From an uncultured archaeon (GTDB lineage: Archaea > Iainarchaeota > Iainarchaeia > Iainarchaeales > JAAZKV01): DNA of 64,000 nt. The notes under the pieces are model-generated. The model was not told the origin of the DNA. It did no database searches and was given only the letters and a program-made list of their open reading frames with translations. Where the stretch lies: contig CAZPWC010000001.1 of assembly GCA_964590155.1 (NCBI GenBank), forward strand, positions 9,651 through 73,650, in the 5' to 3' direction. The translations under genes were made by a program, and so were the position numbers. The stretch's first letter is position 1; each line of letters begins with the position of its first letter. Below, one piece after another: positions 45,887 to 56,159 of the stretch.

Positions 45887-47443
45887 TTAGTAAGAGGCCT
45901 TTTTATTGGAAAAAGCCTTTACTTGGGGTTGGGGCAAAGACATTTCTTGAGAAAAACGCTTAGCTAGGGACAATGGGGAAAAACCCTTAATTAAAGCAGA
46001 ACGCTTATCAGCATGCAAAACACGATAACCCTTCTCTCGAGAAAATTCCCTAAACTTAAACAAAGTAGCTTCTTGAATACTAACAATTGTTTTAGCCAAA
46101 GAGGGAGAATAAAACCTTGAATTAAGATTAACTAATTGGAATGGGATTTCAGCAACCAAAAGGCTAAATGCCTTAAAAGAATAATCCGCAAATAAAAAGC
46201 CAAAATCACTTGAACCAAACAAACTCTGCTGGGGCTCAAGGAGAATCTCTGAGAGTTGAGAAATCTTTTCCGAAACCTTATCAATCTCGGAACTAAAAAA
46301 ACTTTCATTATGCAAACAAAACCATTCAGGTTTATGACTTTTCCCCAAAATGACGGAACTTTCTTCTAAAAGTTTTTTTGCATCAAGCAAAGGAACAAAA
46401 GCAGAAATTCCTTTACTAAAAGGACCAATAGGCTTTGACGTTAAAAAGAATTTGTTCTTTTTTTCAAGACGCAACTCTTTATTGGCATTAATTAAATCAA
46501 ATTCTTCTGAAAAAGAAGGGGAAGAGGACTCGTAAAAGAAATCATCCTCTTGAAAAATTACTTCAATTAAAGAAGAGGGCAATAAATTTTTGTCCTCCAA
46601 AGTGAAAGGTTTACAACACTGACAATTCTTTGTTTCATGACCCACATTAAAAAACCTTTTTGAAAAAAGCTGAACCCAAACAGGAGAAAAATCAATTGAA
46701 GAAACCTTATCAAAAACAAAAGGAATTCTTTGATGAAAACTAGTTACTTTTTCGTTAGGTTCCCAAGAAACAAAACCAGCATTACGAAAAAACAAATTTT
46801 GCAGAAAAATTTCTTCCTGCTCATTTTTTTCCCTCGGCACTAAATCCATAGGAACTGACAAAACAGAAGAAAGAGCAGCACGCTCAACTAAAAACAATGC
46901 CTGCTCTTTATCAAGACGCATCGCTTCAAAAAAAGACATTTCTTGAAAAACAGAAAAAGCCACATCTTTTTTGAAAGAATCAACCTTCACAATGGAACCA
47001 TTAAAATAAGCAAAAGAGTCAAAATAACTCCAATTCTTTTCAAGCAAAAACTGCCTCTCTGGCTCAATCACTAAAGGCAATTTTCCTAAACAGCCCGCCA
47101 AAGCATTAGCGATTGTTTTCAAGGACGAAACTGAAGAAGCCTGAACACAAACAAAACTCTGTTTTGTAGTTATTTGAAACCTTTTTATTTTCAAATCCAA
47201 AAGCAAATCCTTTACCTTTTCAGAATCAATTGTTTTTGGCAAAGCAAGGAAAGGAAAAAATTTAAAACGCTGAACAAACTTATTACTTTTATTTGAAAAC
47301 TCTGTGAAAATCTCTTTCTTTTCTTCATTAAAAGAAACCCTTGTTAAAAACAATAAATCTTTTGACGAAATATCTTTTGACGAAATATCTTTTGACGAGT
47401 TAAACTCGTTAACCGAAGCGAATGCTTCATTATGTTGGGACAT
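45887..47443 (-). CDS. hypothetical protein with N-terminal SKDIS tandem repeats
   Basis: SKDISSKDISSKD is encoded by a 15-nt tandem repeat; Cys cluster KNCQCCKPF; immediately downstream of herA. Confidence 0.3.
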   Translation of the reverse strand: MSQHNEAFASVNEFNSSKDISSKDISSKDLLFLTRVSFNEEKKEIFTEFSNKSNKFVQRFKFFPFLALPKTIDSEKVKDLLLDLKIKRFQITTKQSFVCVQASSVSSLKTIANALAGCLGKLPLVIEPERQFLLEKNWSYFDSFAYFNGSIVKVDSFKKDVAFSVFQEMSFFEAMRLDKEQALFLVERAALSSVLSVPMDLVPREKNEQEEIFLQNLFFRNAGFVSWEPNEKVTSFHQRIPFVFDKVSSIDFSPVWVQLFSKRFFNVGHETKNCQCCKPFTLEDKNLLPSSLIEVIFQEDDFFYESSSPSFSEEFDLINANKELRLEKKNKFFLTSKPIGPFSKGISAFVPLLDAKKLLEESSVILGKSHKPEWFCLHNESFFSSEIDKVSEKISQLSEILLEPQQSLFGSSDFGFLFADYSFKAFSLLVAEIPFQLVNLNSRFYSPSLAKTIVSIQEATLFKFREFSREKGYRVLHADKRSALIKGFSPLSLAKRFSQEMSLPQPQVKAFSNKKASY

Positions 47444-47538
47444 AAAACAAGAGGAAATTCCTTCTTTTAAAGCCGTTTCGGAAGTGCCGTGCCAGCGGTT
47501 ATATGAAATTTATATTGCACAATCGGGACTAACTAGTT

Positions 47539-49074
47539 TTAAAGAAAAGAATCAGCTTCTTCACTTTTTTTGTCAACATCAGTGGCAAATCTTTTTGCAG
47601 CTTCTTCTAAAGTAATTTCGTGTTTTGAGGGTTGGGATTTTCTTAAACGAACTTTGAAAAAAGTAGGGGCGCCAACTGCTTCACCAACAATTAATGCCTC
47701 TCCAACGCGCAAAGAAGAAATCATATTAATACTACCAACATCAAGACCCTCACTACTTTGCTTAATGTGATCAAGGTCATAAGGATTAGTAATACGCAAA
47801 ATTAAATTAGTATTACAATTAGCAAGTGTAGTTGTGTCAAGTCTTTTTGGTCTTTGAGAAATAATAACTAATGCTGCGCCAAACTTTCTACCCTCACGCG
47901 CGATAGTTCTAAGAGTTGGTTTTGCAATAGCAAAATCCTTGCTCGTTGATTCAGGAATAAAATTGTGGGCCTCTTCAATAAACAAAGCAAAAGGAGGAAC
48001 TTTTTTGTGCCTTCTTTCATAAAACAATCTGCTGGCAAAATAAGCAACCATTACTTGTTTCTTTTTTTCGCCAATAACACTATTCAAATCAATAACTGTT
48101 AACTGCCCCTGCTTTGCTAAATCTTCTACAGAAGGAGAATCAATTTTCGAAAACAAATGAAGCTCTTCTAATTCTGACAAGATGCCTAACAAGGTTTCCG
48201 CGGTTTTTGAGTTAGAAGAAGAAGCTAACTCTGATTTAATATCATTCAAATCAAAAGGACCAACCCCTGATTTCATTTCACTATTTAATTTAGTAATAAC
48301 ATTTGCAAGCTCACGCTTTTGCGGAGCTGAAAGCTCTGGAAGAAGCTGTGCTAGTAAACCGGAAGTTAATTTTGAGCAAGCAATCCTAATTTTTGTCGCA
48401 TCAATAATTCTTGTTTTTGAAGAAAAATCAACAAAAGGAGCTTTTGCTGGCTCACCAAAACAAGTATACTCCCCATGCGTATCAAAAACAACAACCGCTA
48501 TTTGCCCTTCATCATTTTCACGTGACAAAAGTTCTTCCATTAAAACAGAAACAGCATAAGATTTTCCCGCACCAGACATTGCCAAAATAGCTAAATGTTT
48601 TTGCAAAAGTTTTGATAAATTAATTTTCATCTCAACATCGTGAAAATTTATTCGCCCTAAATTCAATCCTTTTTCTTGAAGACCCAAAAACTTTTTTACA
48701 TTATCATCCGTTGCTTTGAAAACTTTTGTCCCAGGGGAAGGAGGAAAAGTAGAACGCGCAATTGGCATACCCTCAACAAAAATACCTAATGGTTTTCCTT
48801 TGCCTAATAAAAATTCCCAATCACTCGCAGGAAAATTCTTTTGCAAATCATCCCCAATCGCTTTAACTGAATCGGGCCTTTCAAAATAACGATTTGTCTT
48901 AACAACATCCTCAACCAAACAAACCATTGTGCCCTCAGAATAATCTAATTCTACAAACATTCCTTTATGCACCTTGCCCTCATTAACAACAAAAGAAACT
49001 GTTGAAGGGGAAGGGCCATCAATTGAGGAAACAATTGTCCCTAAAGATTCACGAACCATACTAATCAATAACAA
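47539..49074 (-). CDS. herA: HerA-family (FtsK/HerA, DUF87) hexameric ATPase/helicase
   Basis: N-terminal HAS-barrel region; Walker A AILAMSGAGKSY; DUF87-like core. Confidence 0.75.
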   Translation of the reverse strand: MLLISMVRESLGTIVSSIDGPSPSTVSFVVNEGKVHKGMFVELDYSEGTMVCLVEDVVKTNRYFERPDSVKAIGDDLQKNFPASDWEFLLGKGKPLGIFVEGMPIARSTFPPSPGTKVFKATDDNVKKFLGLQEKGLNLGRINFHDVEMKINLSKLLQKHLAILAMSGAGKSYAVSVLMEELLSRENDEGQIAVVVFDTHGEYTCFGEPAKAPFVDFSSKTRIIDATKIRIACSKLTSGLLAQLLPELSAPQKRELANVITKLNSEMKSGVGPFDLNDIKSELASSSNSKTAETLLGILSELEELHLFSKIDSPSVEDLAKQGQLTVIDLNSVIGEKKKQVMVAYFASRLFYERRHKKVPPFALFIEEAHNFIPESTSKDFAIAKPTLRTIAREGRKFGAALVIISQRPKRLDTTTLANCNTNLILRITNPYDLDHIKQSSEGLDVGSINMISSLRVGEALIVGEAVGAPTFFKVRLRKSQPSKHEITLEEAAKRFATDVDKKSEEADSFL

Positions 49075-49120
49075 AAAAGTGGTAAGTTGCTTTTAAATAA
49101 TTACTTAGTGCCATGCCGAG

Positions 49121-49852
49121 CTATAAAAACAAAGAAAGCAAAAAAGCGAGCGGAAAAAGGACAAATTGGTGAGCTAAGTAAAAAAGCAGGGACTTTTTTC
49201 CAATATTTGAAATAAAGGAAAGACTTTTTGGAACAGCTAATTTTGATAAAAAAACTTGTTTTTTGAGCGCCAAGTTCCCAAAAAATAACCCTATTAAAAA
49301 AATACCAAACCACGGAACTACAGAAACAAAATCTAAAGCAGATAAAGGAGTTCCAAAACCGAGCCAGAAAAATGGGCCAGCATTAATTTTTGACAAATTA
49401 ATAAATAATGGCAAGAAAGTTATGAACAATCCTGCCAACAAAGAGATCTTTGGAAATTTAACAAAAATGTTCCCAACAATCCAAGAAAAAAGAATTAAAT
49501 GGATAACTCCAAAATAAATAAATTGATTTGGAAATGACAAAAAAGTAAAAATAGTTATTCCTAACGAAGCTGCAAGCAAAATGATTAAGTGCTTTAGTAA
49601 TTTTTGGAAGGACTTATTTTTTTGAACAAAAAGAAAAAAAGAAACCCCTGAAATAAAAATGAAGGAAAACAAAATTGATTTCTGAAACAACCCAAAAAAA
49701 CCAGAATACAAGCTTACTGAAATTATGCCAAAATAATTCAAATCCCACAAAAAATGAAACAAAAACATCATGCAAAGAGCTAAGCCGCGAAAGGCATCAA
49801 TTAACTGGATACGTGGCGCCTTAAAATCACTAAAAAGATTTTTAAAAAACAT
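49121..49852 (-). CDS. DUF1624-like polytopic membrane protein
   Basis: RIQLIDAFRGLALCMMFLFHF start motif. Confidence 0.35.
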   Translation of the reverse strand: MFFKNLFSDFKAPRIQLIDAFRGLALCMMFLFHFLWDLNYFGIISVSLYSGFFGLFQKSILFSFIFISGVSFFLFVQKNKSFQKLLKHLIILLAASLGITIFTFLSFPNQFIYFGVIHLILFSWIVGNIFVKFPKISLLAGLFITFLPLFINLSKINAGPFFWLGFGTPLSALDFVSVVPWFGIFLIGLFFGNLALKKQVFLSKLAVPKSLSFISNIGKKSLLFYLAHQFVLFPLAFLLSLFL

Positions 49853-50002
49853 AAAATTTATTATTTTGGAAAAAACATTCTTCTAATAAGGGCTTCTCTT
49901 CGCCTCTTACTCAGAGCTTTAGCACCAGCTTTTTTTAAAGCACGGCCCCGAATCACAGCTTGTCTTGATTTAGCCCAAATTGCTTCACTACTTTTTCTGA
50001 CA

Positions 50003-50716
50003 TCAACCATTTGTTCTTTTGAATTTGGCATTCAACACACCTAACACTTTGTATATATCATTAAGAGTATTTATTTCAAACTCTGGCTTAACTTTGGCCA
50101 AATCATAACTCTTTTTTGGGCGATTAAGCCAACAAGCATGCATCCCTACATTTTGCGCACCAGCAACATCACTCCTCAAAGAATCCCCGACCATTAATGC
50201 TTCATATGGAGAAACACCAAAGTTTTTCAATACAACTTCGAATATTGTTTTTTCGGGTTTTATAGATCCAACATCACAACTCAAGCACAAAAAGTCAAAG
50301 TACTTCACAATCGGAATTTTTTCTTTTACTTTATCAAAAGCAATATTTTCTGTATTGGAAAGCAACGCTAATTTGTATCCTTGGTTTCTTAACTTTGTTA
50401 GATTTTCTTCAATATCGGGAAAAAAATAAATTTTGTCCAAACGATTAACATAAATTTCATACAATTCTTGCTCTAATAACAAATTATCAACTTGATCAAA
50501 CGCCGCAAAAAAAGTTTTTCTTAATTCTTCAAAAGAATTAATCCTTTTTTTCTGGATAGTTGATTCATACTTTGGAATAAGTTCCGCAAGAGACATGTGC
50601 TGCTTTTTTGTAATATAAACCAAATGAGGCCAATCAATAGAGGTGGGAACTAAAGTATTCCACAAATCAAAAACAATTAATTTAATCACCCAACCACCCA
50701 AACATGAAAAACTCAA
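50003..50716 (-). CDS. HAD-superfamily hydrolase
   Basis: Motif I IKLIVFDLWNTL; motif IV MVGDSLRSDVAGA. Confidence 0.6.
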   Translation of the reverse strand: MSFSCLGGWVIKLIVFDLWNTLVPTSIDWPHLVYITKKQHMSLAELIPKYESTIQKKRINSFEELRKTFFAAFDQVDNLLLEQELYEIYVNRLDKIYFFPDIEENLTKLRNQGYKLALLSNTENIAFDKVKEKIPIVKYFDFLCLSCDVGSIKPEKTIFEVVLKNFGVSPYEALMVGDSLRSDVAGAQNVGMHACWLNRPKKSYDLAKVKPEFEINTLNDIYKVLGVLNAKFKRTNG

Positions 50717-50732
50717 AAAATAATTTAATTAC

Positions 50733-51812
50733 CTACCCAAAAGGCCGATTGTTTCTTCGCATCTGCGCTTTTGGACCCAATTTATCAAGTAATTTATCAA
50801 AAACAACGTTTATATCTTCTTCGTTAAGACGAGCACGCAAATCAGCTTCAATCAAAATACTAGGGTAAGAATATTCTCTGTGAAGAGAAGAAAGAGAAAA
50901 AACAATTGAAGCGATTTCATCCGCTTTGGAAGAAAGTTCGGATTTGTTCTTGCAAATAAACTCAACGCGCAAAGGCTTATCAAACTGTGAAGCCTTCAAG
51001 TAAAAAACACTAATGGATTCAGACCATTCTTTAGGATAATCTTTCAAAATAGCGTGGTTGTCAATTTTTTCGGTGTAAGAAAAAGCAAAAGTGCGCTCTC
51101 CTGGAAGTAAAAAATAATCCAATAAAGAAGCATCAAAAAAACCCGCAAGATCATTACCCAACGCAACAGGGTTTTTTGGTAAAATCTTTTCGCGCAAAAG
51201 TTCAACAAATCTTTTTCCGCGCGAATCCTCAACACAAGAAATAATTGTGCAATTATTTTCTTCCGCGGTTTTGTAAAACTTCTGAAACAAGTGAATAATT
51301 CCTTGATAATCAGAACTAAGCTCTGAATTATCGCGAGGTTTGTCCTTGTATTGAGGAACTATTGACCCATCAACAAAAGCGTACTTGGGCTTGGACTTTT
51401 TTATAATATCAATTGACAAAGAAACCTCTTTTTTTAAGCGCTCAAAAGAAACACTCTGTAATTCTTCATCACTCTCAAGACCCTGCCGCAACATAATTGG
51501 CTCTGGAAAAGAAAAAGCCGAAGGAAAATAATCCGCTTTTTTAAGAAAACCCCCATCTAGAGAAAAAACTACACCCGCAACACGAACAAAAGCCAAATCA
51601 ATAAAAGAAAGCTTTTTTGACACAAACCCTGAATCAACACCTGAAACAACACAAGAAAGGGACTGCTTTTTTACTGAAACAACAATATTTTCCAAACCAT
51701 TAGGAGAAATAACTCCCTTTAATGGAAGAATTTTTTGGGAAATGCTAGAAAGAGAAGCATTGTTGGCAAAAATTGCTTTCGAAGCAACGTCAATAAAATC
51801 ATCTATCTGCAT
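50733..51812 (-). CDS. NurA-like nuclease (tentative)
   Basis: YAFVDGSIV and YPSILIEADLRARL resemble the NurA DGS and C-terminal motifs. Same strand as herA. Confidence 0.35.
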   Translation of the reverse strand: MQIDDFIDVASKAIFANNASLSSISQKILPLKGVISPNGLENIVVSVKKQSLSCVVSGVDSGFVSKKLSFIDLAFVRVAGVVFSLDGGFLKKADYFPSAFSFPEPIMLRQGLESDEELQSVSFERLKKEVSLSIDIIKKSKPKYAFVDGSIVPQYKDKPRDNSELSSDYQGIIHLFQKFYKTAEENNCTIISCVEDSRGKRFVELLREKILPKNPVALGNDLAGFFDASLLDYFLLPGERTFAFSYTEKIDNHAILKDYPKEWSESISVFYLKASQFDKPLRVEFICKNKSELSSKADEIASIVFSLSSLHREYSYPSILIEADLRARLNEEDINVVFDKLLDKLGPKAQMRRNNRPFG

Positions 51813-51986
51813 AAGAAAGAAAGCAAATATTCAATATAAAAGGGTTATTAGGGATTCATGCCGAGAAAGAAAACAAAACAAACCCAAAAAAGTTAGCGGA
51901 AAAAGGATTGTCCGAAAAAAGACAAAGAAAAACAACATATTTATAAACAAAACAAACATTTATAGATTAGAAAAAAGGGTGTTGAC

Positions 51987-52403
51987 ATGAAATTAAGATT
52001 TGAAGTTAGAAGCATAAAGCAAAAATGGAAACCTCCATTCACAAAAGACATAACTGATGAAATATTTGACGTAGAAGAGGGAGAAAGCTTTGACAAAATA
52101 CAGGGAAATGGGAACAGTGACGCGGTATTTGTTTTAATGAAAAATGCTGGAGACAAAGTAGTGCTGAAATACTCAAGATTATTTACTTTAAAAGTGCCAC
52201 AACCAGGCGATAAAATAGTAACACTAAAAACTGACGATCCCCTATCAATGACGTATATGTGGGGAGAAGACGGAATAACAAAAAGAATAACCTACAAAGG
52301 AATCGCTCCTGCCGCAGTACAAAAAAGCGATGCAACACAAGACGAAACTGAAAAAGAAGAAGCACTTGAACAAGAAATAAATGAACAAGAACAAATACAG
52401 TAA
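51987..52403 (+). CDS. hypothetical acidic protein
   Basis: Intact ORF. Confidence 0.25.
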   Translation: MKLRFEVRSIKQKWKPPFTKDITDEIFDVEEGESFDKIQGNGNSDAVFVLMKNAGDKVVLKYSRLFTLKVPQPGDKIVTLKTDDPLSMTYMWGEDGITKRITYKGIAPAAVQKSDATQDETEKEEALEQEINEQEQIQ

Positions 52404-52500
52404 AACAAACTGTAAAAAAACAAAGAAATTTCTTTGAAAAATACTAATCAGCAAAGAAAGTTAAATATCACAAACAACCGAGCTATTTAAAAAAACTCAG

Positions 52501-52516
52501 ATGAATAAAAATTCAT
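52501..52516. promoter_or_regulatory. perfect palindrome ATGAATaaaaATTCAT abutting the ArsR-family gene start, candidate operator
   Basis: Inverted repeat with 6-nt arms read directly from the sequence. Confidence 0.3.
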
Positions 52517-52816
52517 ATGAAAAACCATTTTCCGCACAAATGCTTCAATGTTTTAGGAAACGAAGTTAGGTGCAACATACTTGAACTGCTTAGAAAAAAA
52601 CCTTTAACAGTGCAAGAACTGTGCGGACAACTAAACAAAGAACAAAGCACAATAAGCCATGCGCTGCAACAGCTAAGAGAATGCAAATTTGTTTCCTGCA
52701 CCAAAAAAGGAAAAGAAAGAGAATATTACTTATCATCAGAAATATTTACACACGCAAGTGCAAAACCATTATTTGAATTAATAGAAGAACACGCAAGAAA
52801 AAATTGCGGACAATAA
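52517..52816 (+). CDS. ArsR/SmtB-family HTH transcriptional regulator
   Basis: NEVRCNILELLRKKPLTVQELCGQLNKEQSTISHALQQLRECKFV. Confidence 0.65.
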   Translation: MKNHFPHKCFNVLGNEVRCNILELLRKKPLTVQELCGQLNKEQSTISHALQQLRECKFVSCTKKGKEREYYLSSEIFTHASAKPLFELIEEHARKNCGQ

Positions 52817-52822
52817 AAAAAG

Positions 52823-53188
52823 ATGATAACTATGCCCCTACCAAAACGAAAACAAGATTCCGGATTGCTTCAAAGACTTCGATGGAAACAAGAAGATTGG
52901 GCAGAGAGAACAGCCCCCCTTGCAGCAAAAAGAGACATAGCAGGAAGAATAAAATACCTAAGACTTTTGAAAAGAGAACAACTATACTGGGGAAGATTAT
53001 ATAGAACATTTATTACAAAAGTGGACAAAGCCCACGGGATGGATAAAACAACTTACGCAAACGCAGCAAGAGAATGTGAAAAGCAATTTGATGAATTAAG
53101 AGAACTAATTGAAGGAAAAGAAGGAGTAAAGAAAGGCTTGACAAAAGCCCTAAGCAAAGATCTGCGCAAACCAAAAAAAACTGAATAA
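52823..53188 (+). CDS. hypothetical protein
   Basis: Intact ORF. Confidence 0.25.
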   Translation: MITMPLPKRKQDSGLLQRLRWKQEDWAERTAPLAAKRDIAGRIKYLRLLKREQLYWGRLYRTFITKVDKAHGMDKTTYANAARECEKQFDELRELIEGKEGVKKGLTKALSKDLRKPKKTE

Positions 53189-53308
53189 TTAAACACTAAC
53201 AAATAAGCACTCAAAAAAGCAATTTATAAAAAATACCAAAAAATAAGCAACCAAAGGCCTGTTAACTCCCAAGACAAGTTTAAAACCACTTACAGTAATT
53301 AATAGAAT

Positions 53309-53650
53309 ATGGAACTAACACAATACATTATAGTTAATGCAGGACTTGGCATGAACAAAGGAAAAATAGCGGCCCAAGCAGCACACGCATCTGTGAGCGT
53401 ACTTGACAAAGTAGATAATGAACTTATTGAAGAATGGAAAGAAAGCGGAATGAAAAAAATTGTTCTAAAAGTAAAAGACGAAAAAGAACTATTAGAACTA
53501 TTTATGAGAACAAAAATAGAGTTCCCCTGCGCACTCATAACTGATGCGGGAAAAACACAAATAGCCCCAGGAAGCAAAACCTGCTTTGCCTGCGGACCAT
53601 GCGAAGAAAACAAAGCACAAAAGTACTTTGCGAAACTAAAGCTACTTTAA
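53309..53650 (+). CDS. pth2: peptidyl-tRNA hydrolase, PTH2 family
   Basis: YIIVNAGLGMNKGKIAAQAAHASV. Confidence 0.8.
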   Translation: MELTQYIIVNAGLGMNKGKIAAQAAHASVSVLDKVDNELIEEWKESGMKKIVLKVKDEKELLELFMRTKIEFPCALITDAGKTQIAPGSKTCFACGPCEENKAQKYFAKLKLL

Positions 53651-53670
53651 ATATTATCAAGTGTGATTAG

Positions 53671-53988
53671 ATGCCAAGACCGACGATAAGAATACTACAA
53701 GAACAAAGAGTAAGAAATCAGGGGGAACAACACAAAATATTAAGTCAACTGGAAATAGCAAGCGCAATGAGAAAACTAAAAAGAGAACGCAAGCTAATGA
53801 GAGTGCTTAGAAGAACAATGATTATTGACGAGGAAATACTTGGAAAAATACTTGCAGCAAAGAGTGTAACATTAAAGCCAGGTACAGCGGAATGGCAAAA
53901 GGCACATGAAGAAATGATCGGAGCATTCATGGAAGCTGAAAGACTTGACAGAGATGTTGAAATAGAAAGAAAGAAAAGAAAAAGGTGA
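53671..53988 (+). CDS. hypothetical basic protein
   Basis: Intact ORF. Confidence 0.3.
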   Translation: MPRPTIRILQEQRVRNQGEQHKILSQLEIASAMRKLKRERKLMRVLRRTMIIDEEILGKILAAKSVTLKPGTAEWQKAHEEMIGAFMEAERLDRDVEIERKKRKR

Positions 53989-53992
53989 AAAA

Positions 53993-54757
53993 ATGGTTGA
54001 AGGATTTTTAAAACACGTAAATATACTAATCAATGAAAGTGATTTGATAATAGAAATACTTGACGCAAGAAGGCCTGATGAGACAAGAAATAAAGACCTT
54101 GAACGAATACTTATCGGGCGAAGAAAAAAACTATTGCTTGTGATAAACAAATCCGACCTGGTAGAAAAAGAAGCGCTGGAAAAGAAAAAAAATGAAATTG
54201 AACGGCAAACAAAATCCAAAGTTATTTTTGTCTCCGCGCTGAAAAAAGATGGAATAAATATGATAAGAAGACAAGTTGCCGCCGCAAAACAAAAAGACAA
54301 AAAATTAACAATCGGAATTATTGGTTACCCTAACGTTGGAAAAAGCACTCTGATAAATACATTAGCTGGAAAAGGAAGAGGACGCGTAGCAACATCAAGA
54401 AAAGCGGGACTAACTAGAGGAATAACCAGAGTCAAAATAACTGACGGAGTGTATCTAATTGATAGTCCGGGAATAATTCCAAGAATGGAAGACGAATTTG
54501 ATTTATTTTTGGTGGAATCGAAAAACCCAAACCAGTTAAAAAACGTGGAAAGAGTTGCACTAAAATTAATACAATACTTAGGAAAAGAATTCATTGCCAA
54601 AAACTTCGGAATAGAAAACTTTGAAGAGCTTGATGAAGAAGAACTACTAGACGAAATCGGCCGCAAAAAAAACCTCTTAGTAAAAGGAGGAAACCCTGAT
54701 ATGGGAAAAGCGGCAAGATTCTTACTCGAAAAATACCAAAAACACGAGTTGAAATGA
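53993..54757 (+). CDS. circularly permuted GTPase (YlqF/RbgA/Nug1-like ribosome-biogenesis GTPase)
   Basis: G4 LVINKSDL precedes G1 GYPNVGKSTLINTL; DSPG G3. Confidence 0.7.
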   Translation: MVEGFLKHVNILINESDLIIEILDARRPDETRNKDLERILIGRRKKLLLVINKSDLVEKEALEKKKNEIERQTKSKVIFVSALKKDGINMIRRQVAAAKQKDKKLTIGIIGYPNVGKSTLINTLAGKGRGRVATSRKAGLTRGITRVKITDGVYLIDSPGIIPRMEDEFDLFLVESKNPNQLKNVERVALKLIQYLGKEFIAKNFGIENFEELDEEELLDEIGRKKNLLVKGGNPDMGKAARFLLEKYQKHELK

Positions 54758-54758
54758 A

Positions 54759-55472
54759 ATGGCGAAACAATTTCGAAACGGAATAAAACGATTTGAATTT
54801 GTTGGAAAAGGCGCTTTTACAAGACCAAAACTAATTCTTGCAAACCCCCAAAGAAAAAAACAAAGTCCTTTAACCGGAAAAGTTGTAAAACAACTGTATG
54901 GGAAAGTAACAAAAGAAGAACTTTCACGAATCAAAAATCTTATTGCAACCTATCAAGAAATGCTTCAAACTGCAGGAGTGGCAGTTATTGAAACCCACGT
55001 TAGAGGCGGATTGAAATCAAAAGGAAAATTTGGTGTTGCACTAATTCAAGAATATGTCCCAGAAAAGCAAGTGCTAAAAAATGTTATTTCTAATTGCTCA
55101 ACCAAAGAAGCGGTAAATTTATTCAGAGAGGTTATGGACATAATAGAACGAGTAAATGAATACAACAAACACGGACCAGGACAAATTGGTTTAGATGTTA
55201 CAATAAAAAATTTTGCTTTAGTAGAAAACAAAATTACCTTAATTGACACATACCCTCCTTTTGTAAGAAACGTTACAACAAGAATCGAACCCGAAGATTA
55301 CACGGGGCGAAAAAGACATTGGTACCAACGAGTTTTTGGAAATATATTTAAAAGTCGCCGAAGCAGAATAGGAAAAATGAGGATCGAAAAAAAGTTCAAT
55401 CATGATAAACAAATACAAATTGCCAAAGAACAATTTCTTTTAGCAAGACAAGACCTTAAAGGACTTATATAA
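54759..55472 (+). CDS. hypothetical protein
   Basis: Intact ORF; kinase-like resemblance too weak to call. Confidence 0.25.
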   Translation: MAKQFRNGIKRFEFVGKGAFTRPKLILANPQRKKQSPLTGKVVKQLYGKVTKEELSRIKNLIATYQEMLQTAGVAVIETHVRGGLKSKGKFGVALIQEYVPEKQVLKNVISNCSTKEAVNLFREVMDIIERVNEYNKHGPGQIGLDVTIKNFALVENKITLIDTYPPFVRNVTTRIEPEDYTGRKRHWYQRVFGNIFKSRRSRIGKMRIEKKFNHDKQIQIAKEQFLLARQDLKGLI

Positions 55473-55682
55473 CTTAAAGTTCTCTAAACAATTCAATTAG
55501 CTCTTTTAGAATTACTTTCTTTTTTAGGGATTTTTCTTTTGGCAGTCTTGAGCGCAGCTCTGAAATAATGTCATCATTTGTTAGTTTCATAAGTAGCTAT
55601 GGCAAAAGAGAGCTTTTAAATGAAAGCAAAAAAAGAAAGATTTTTAACTAATACAAAATAACAAAAAAGCTGGCAAATTTTT

Positions 55683-56066
55683 TCAGGAAAAAAATTCGAG
55701 AGAGACACCAACTTTCATGGCTTCTTCCAAAGAAAGCATATAATTCTTTTCAGTTATGTGAAAATGCTCAGGTTTGACAAAAAACCAACCCTTATGAGGA
55801 ACTTTCCAACCAACAAAAAACTCTGCACCAGCGGTTTTTGCCCAATTAATTTCATCAGACATGTTAGACAACGGAATGGCTAGATAATTTCCTTTCCAAG
55901 CCTTGCACTCAATCGCAAAAATCTTTCCACTCTTTAATGCAACAACATCAGGACAAGGCAAGGGATTTACCCCACTACCAGCAACACGCAAAACAGCAAA
56001 ACCCTTATCGGCAAAAACTTTAATGAGTTCACGCTCAGCATTCGCACCCTTATTGTAATGAGCCAA
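55683..56066 (-). CDS. hjc: Holliday junction resolvase Hjc
   Basis: KGANAERELIKVFADKGFAVLRVAGSG...PDVVAL...IECKA. Confidence 0.75.
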   Translation of the reverse strand: MAHYNKGANAERELIKVFADKGFAVLRVAGSGVNPLPCPDVVALKSGKIFAIECKAWKGNYLAIPLSNMSDEINWAKTAGAEFFVGWKVPHKGWFFVKPEHFHITEKNYMLSLEEAMKVGVSLEFFS

Positions 56067-56159
56067 ACAAACAACCCCTACTTATGCTTAAAACCCATTA
56101 AATCAGCTATCTTAGCGTCTTTTTGCGCAGGAAGGCCACTAACGCGGGCTTTTCCCGCA

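Noticed and set aside
55473-55682. Possible 39-aa minus-strand ORF (MKLTNDDIISELRSRLPKEK...) between convergent genes
   Set aside because: Too short, no SD or promoter evidence, and no motif. Likely non-coding terminator region.
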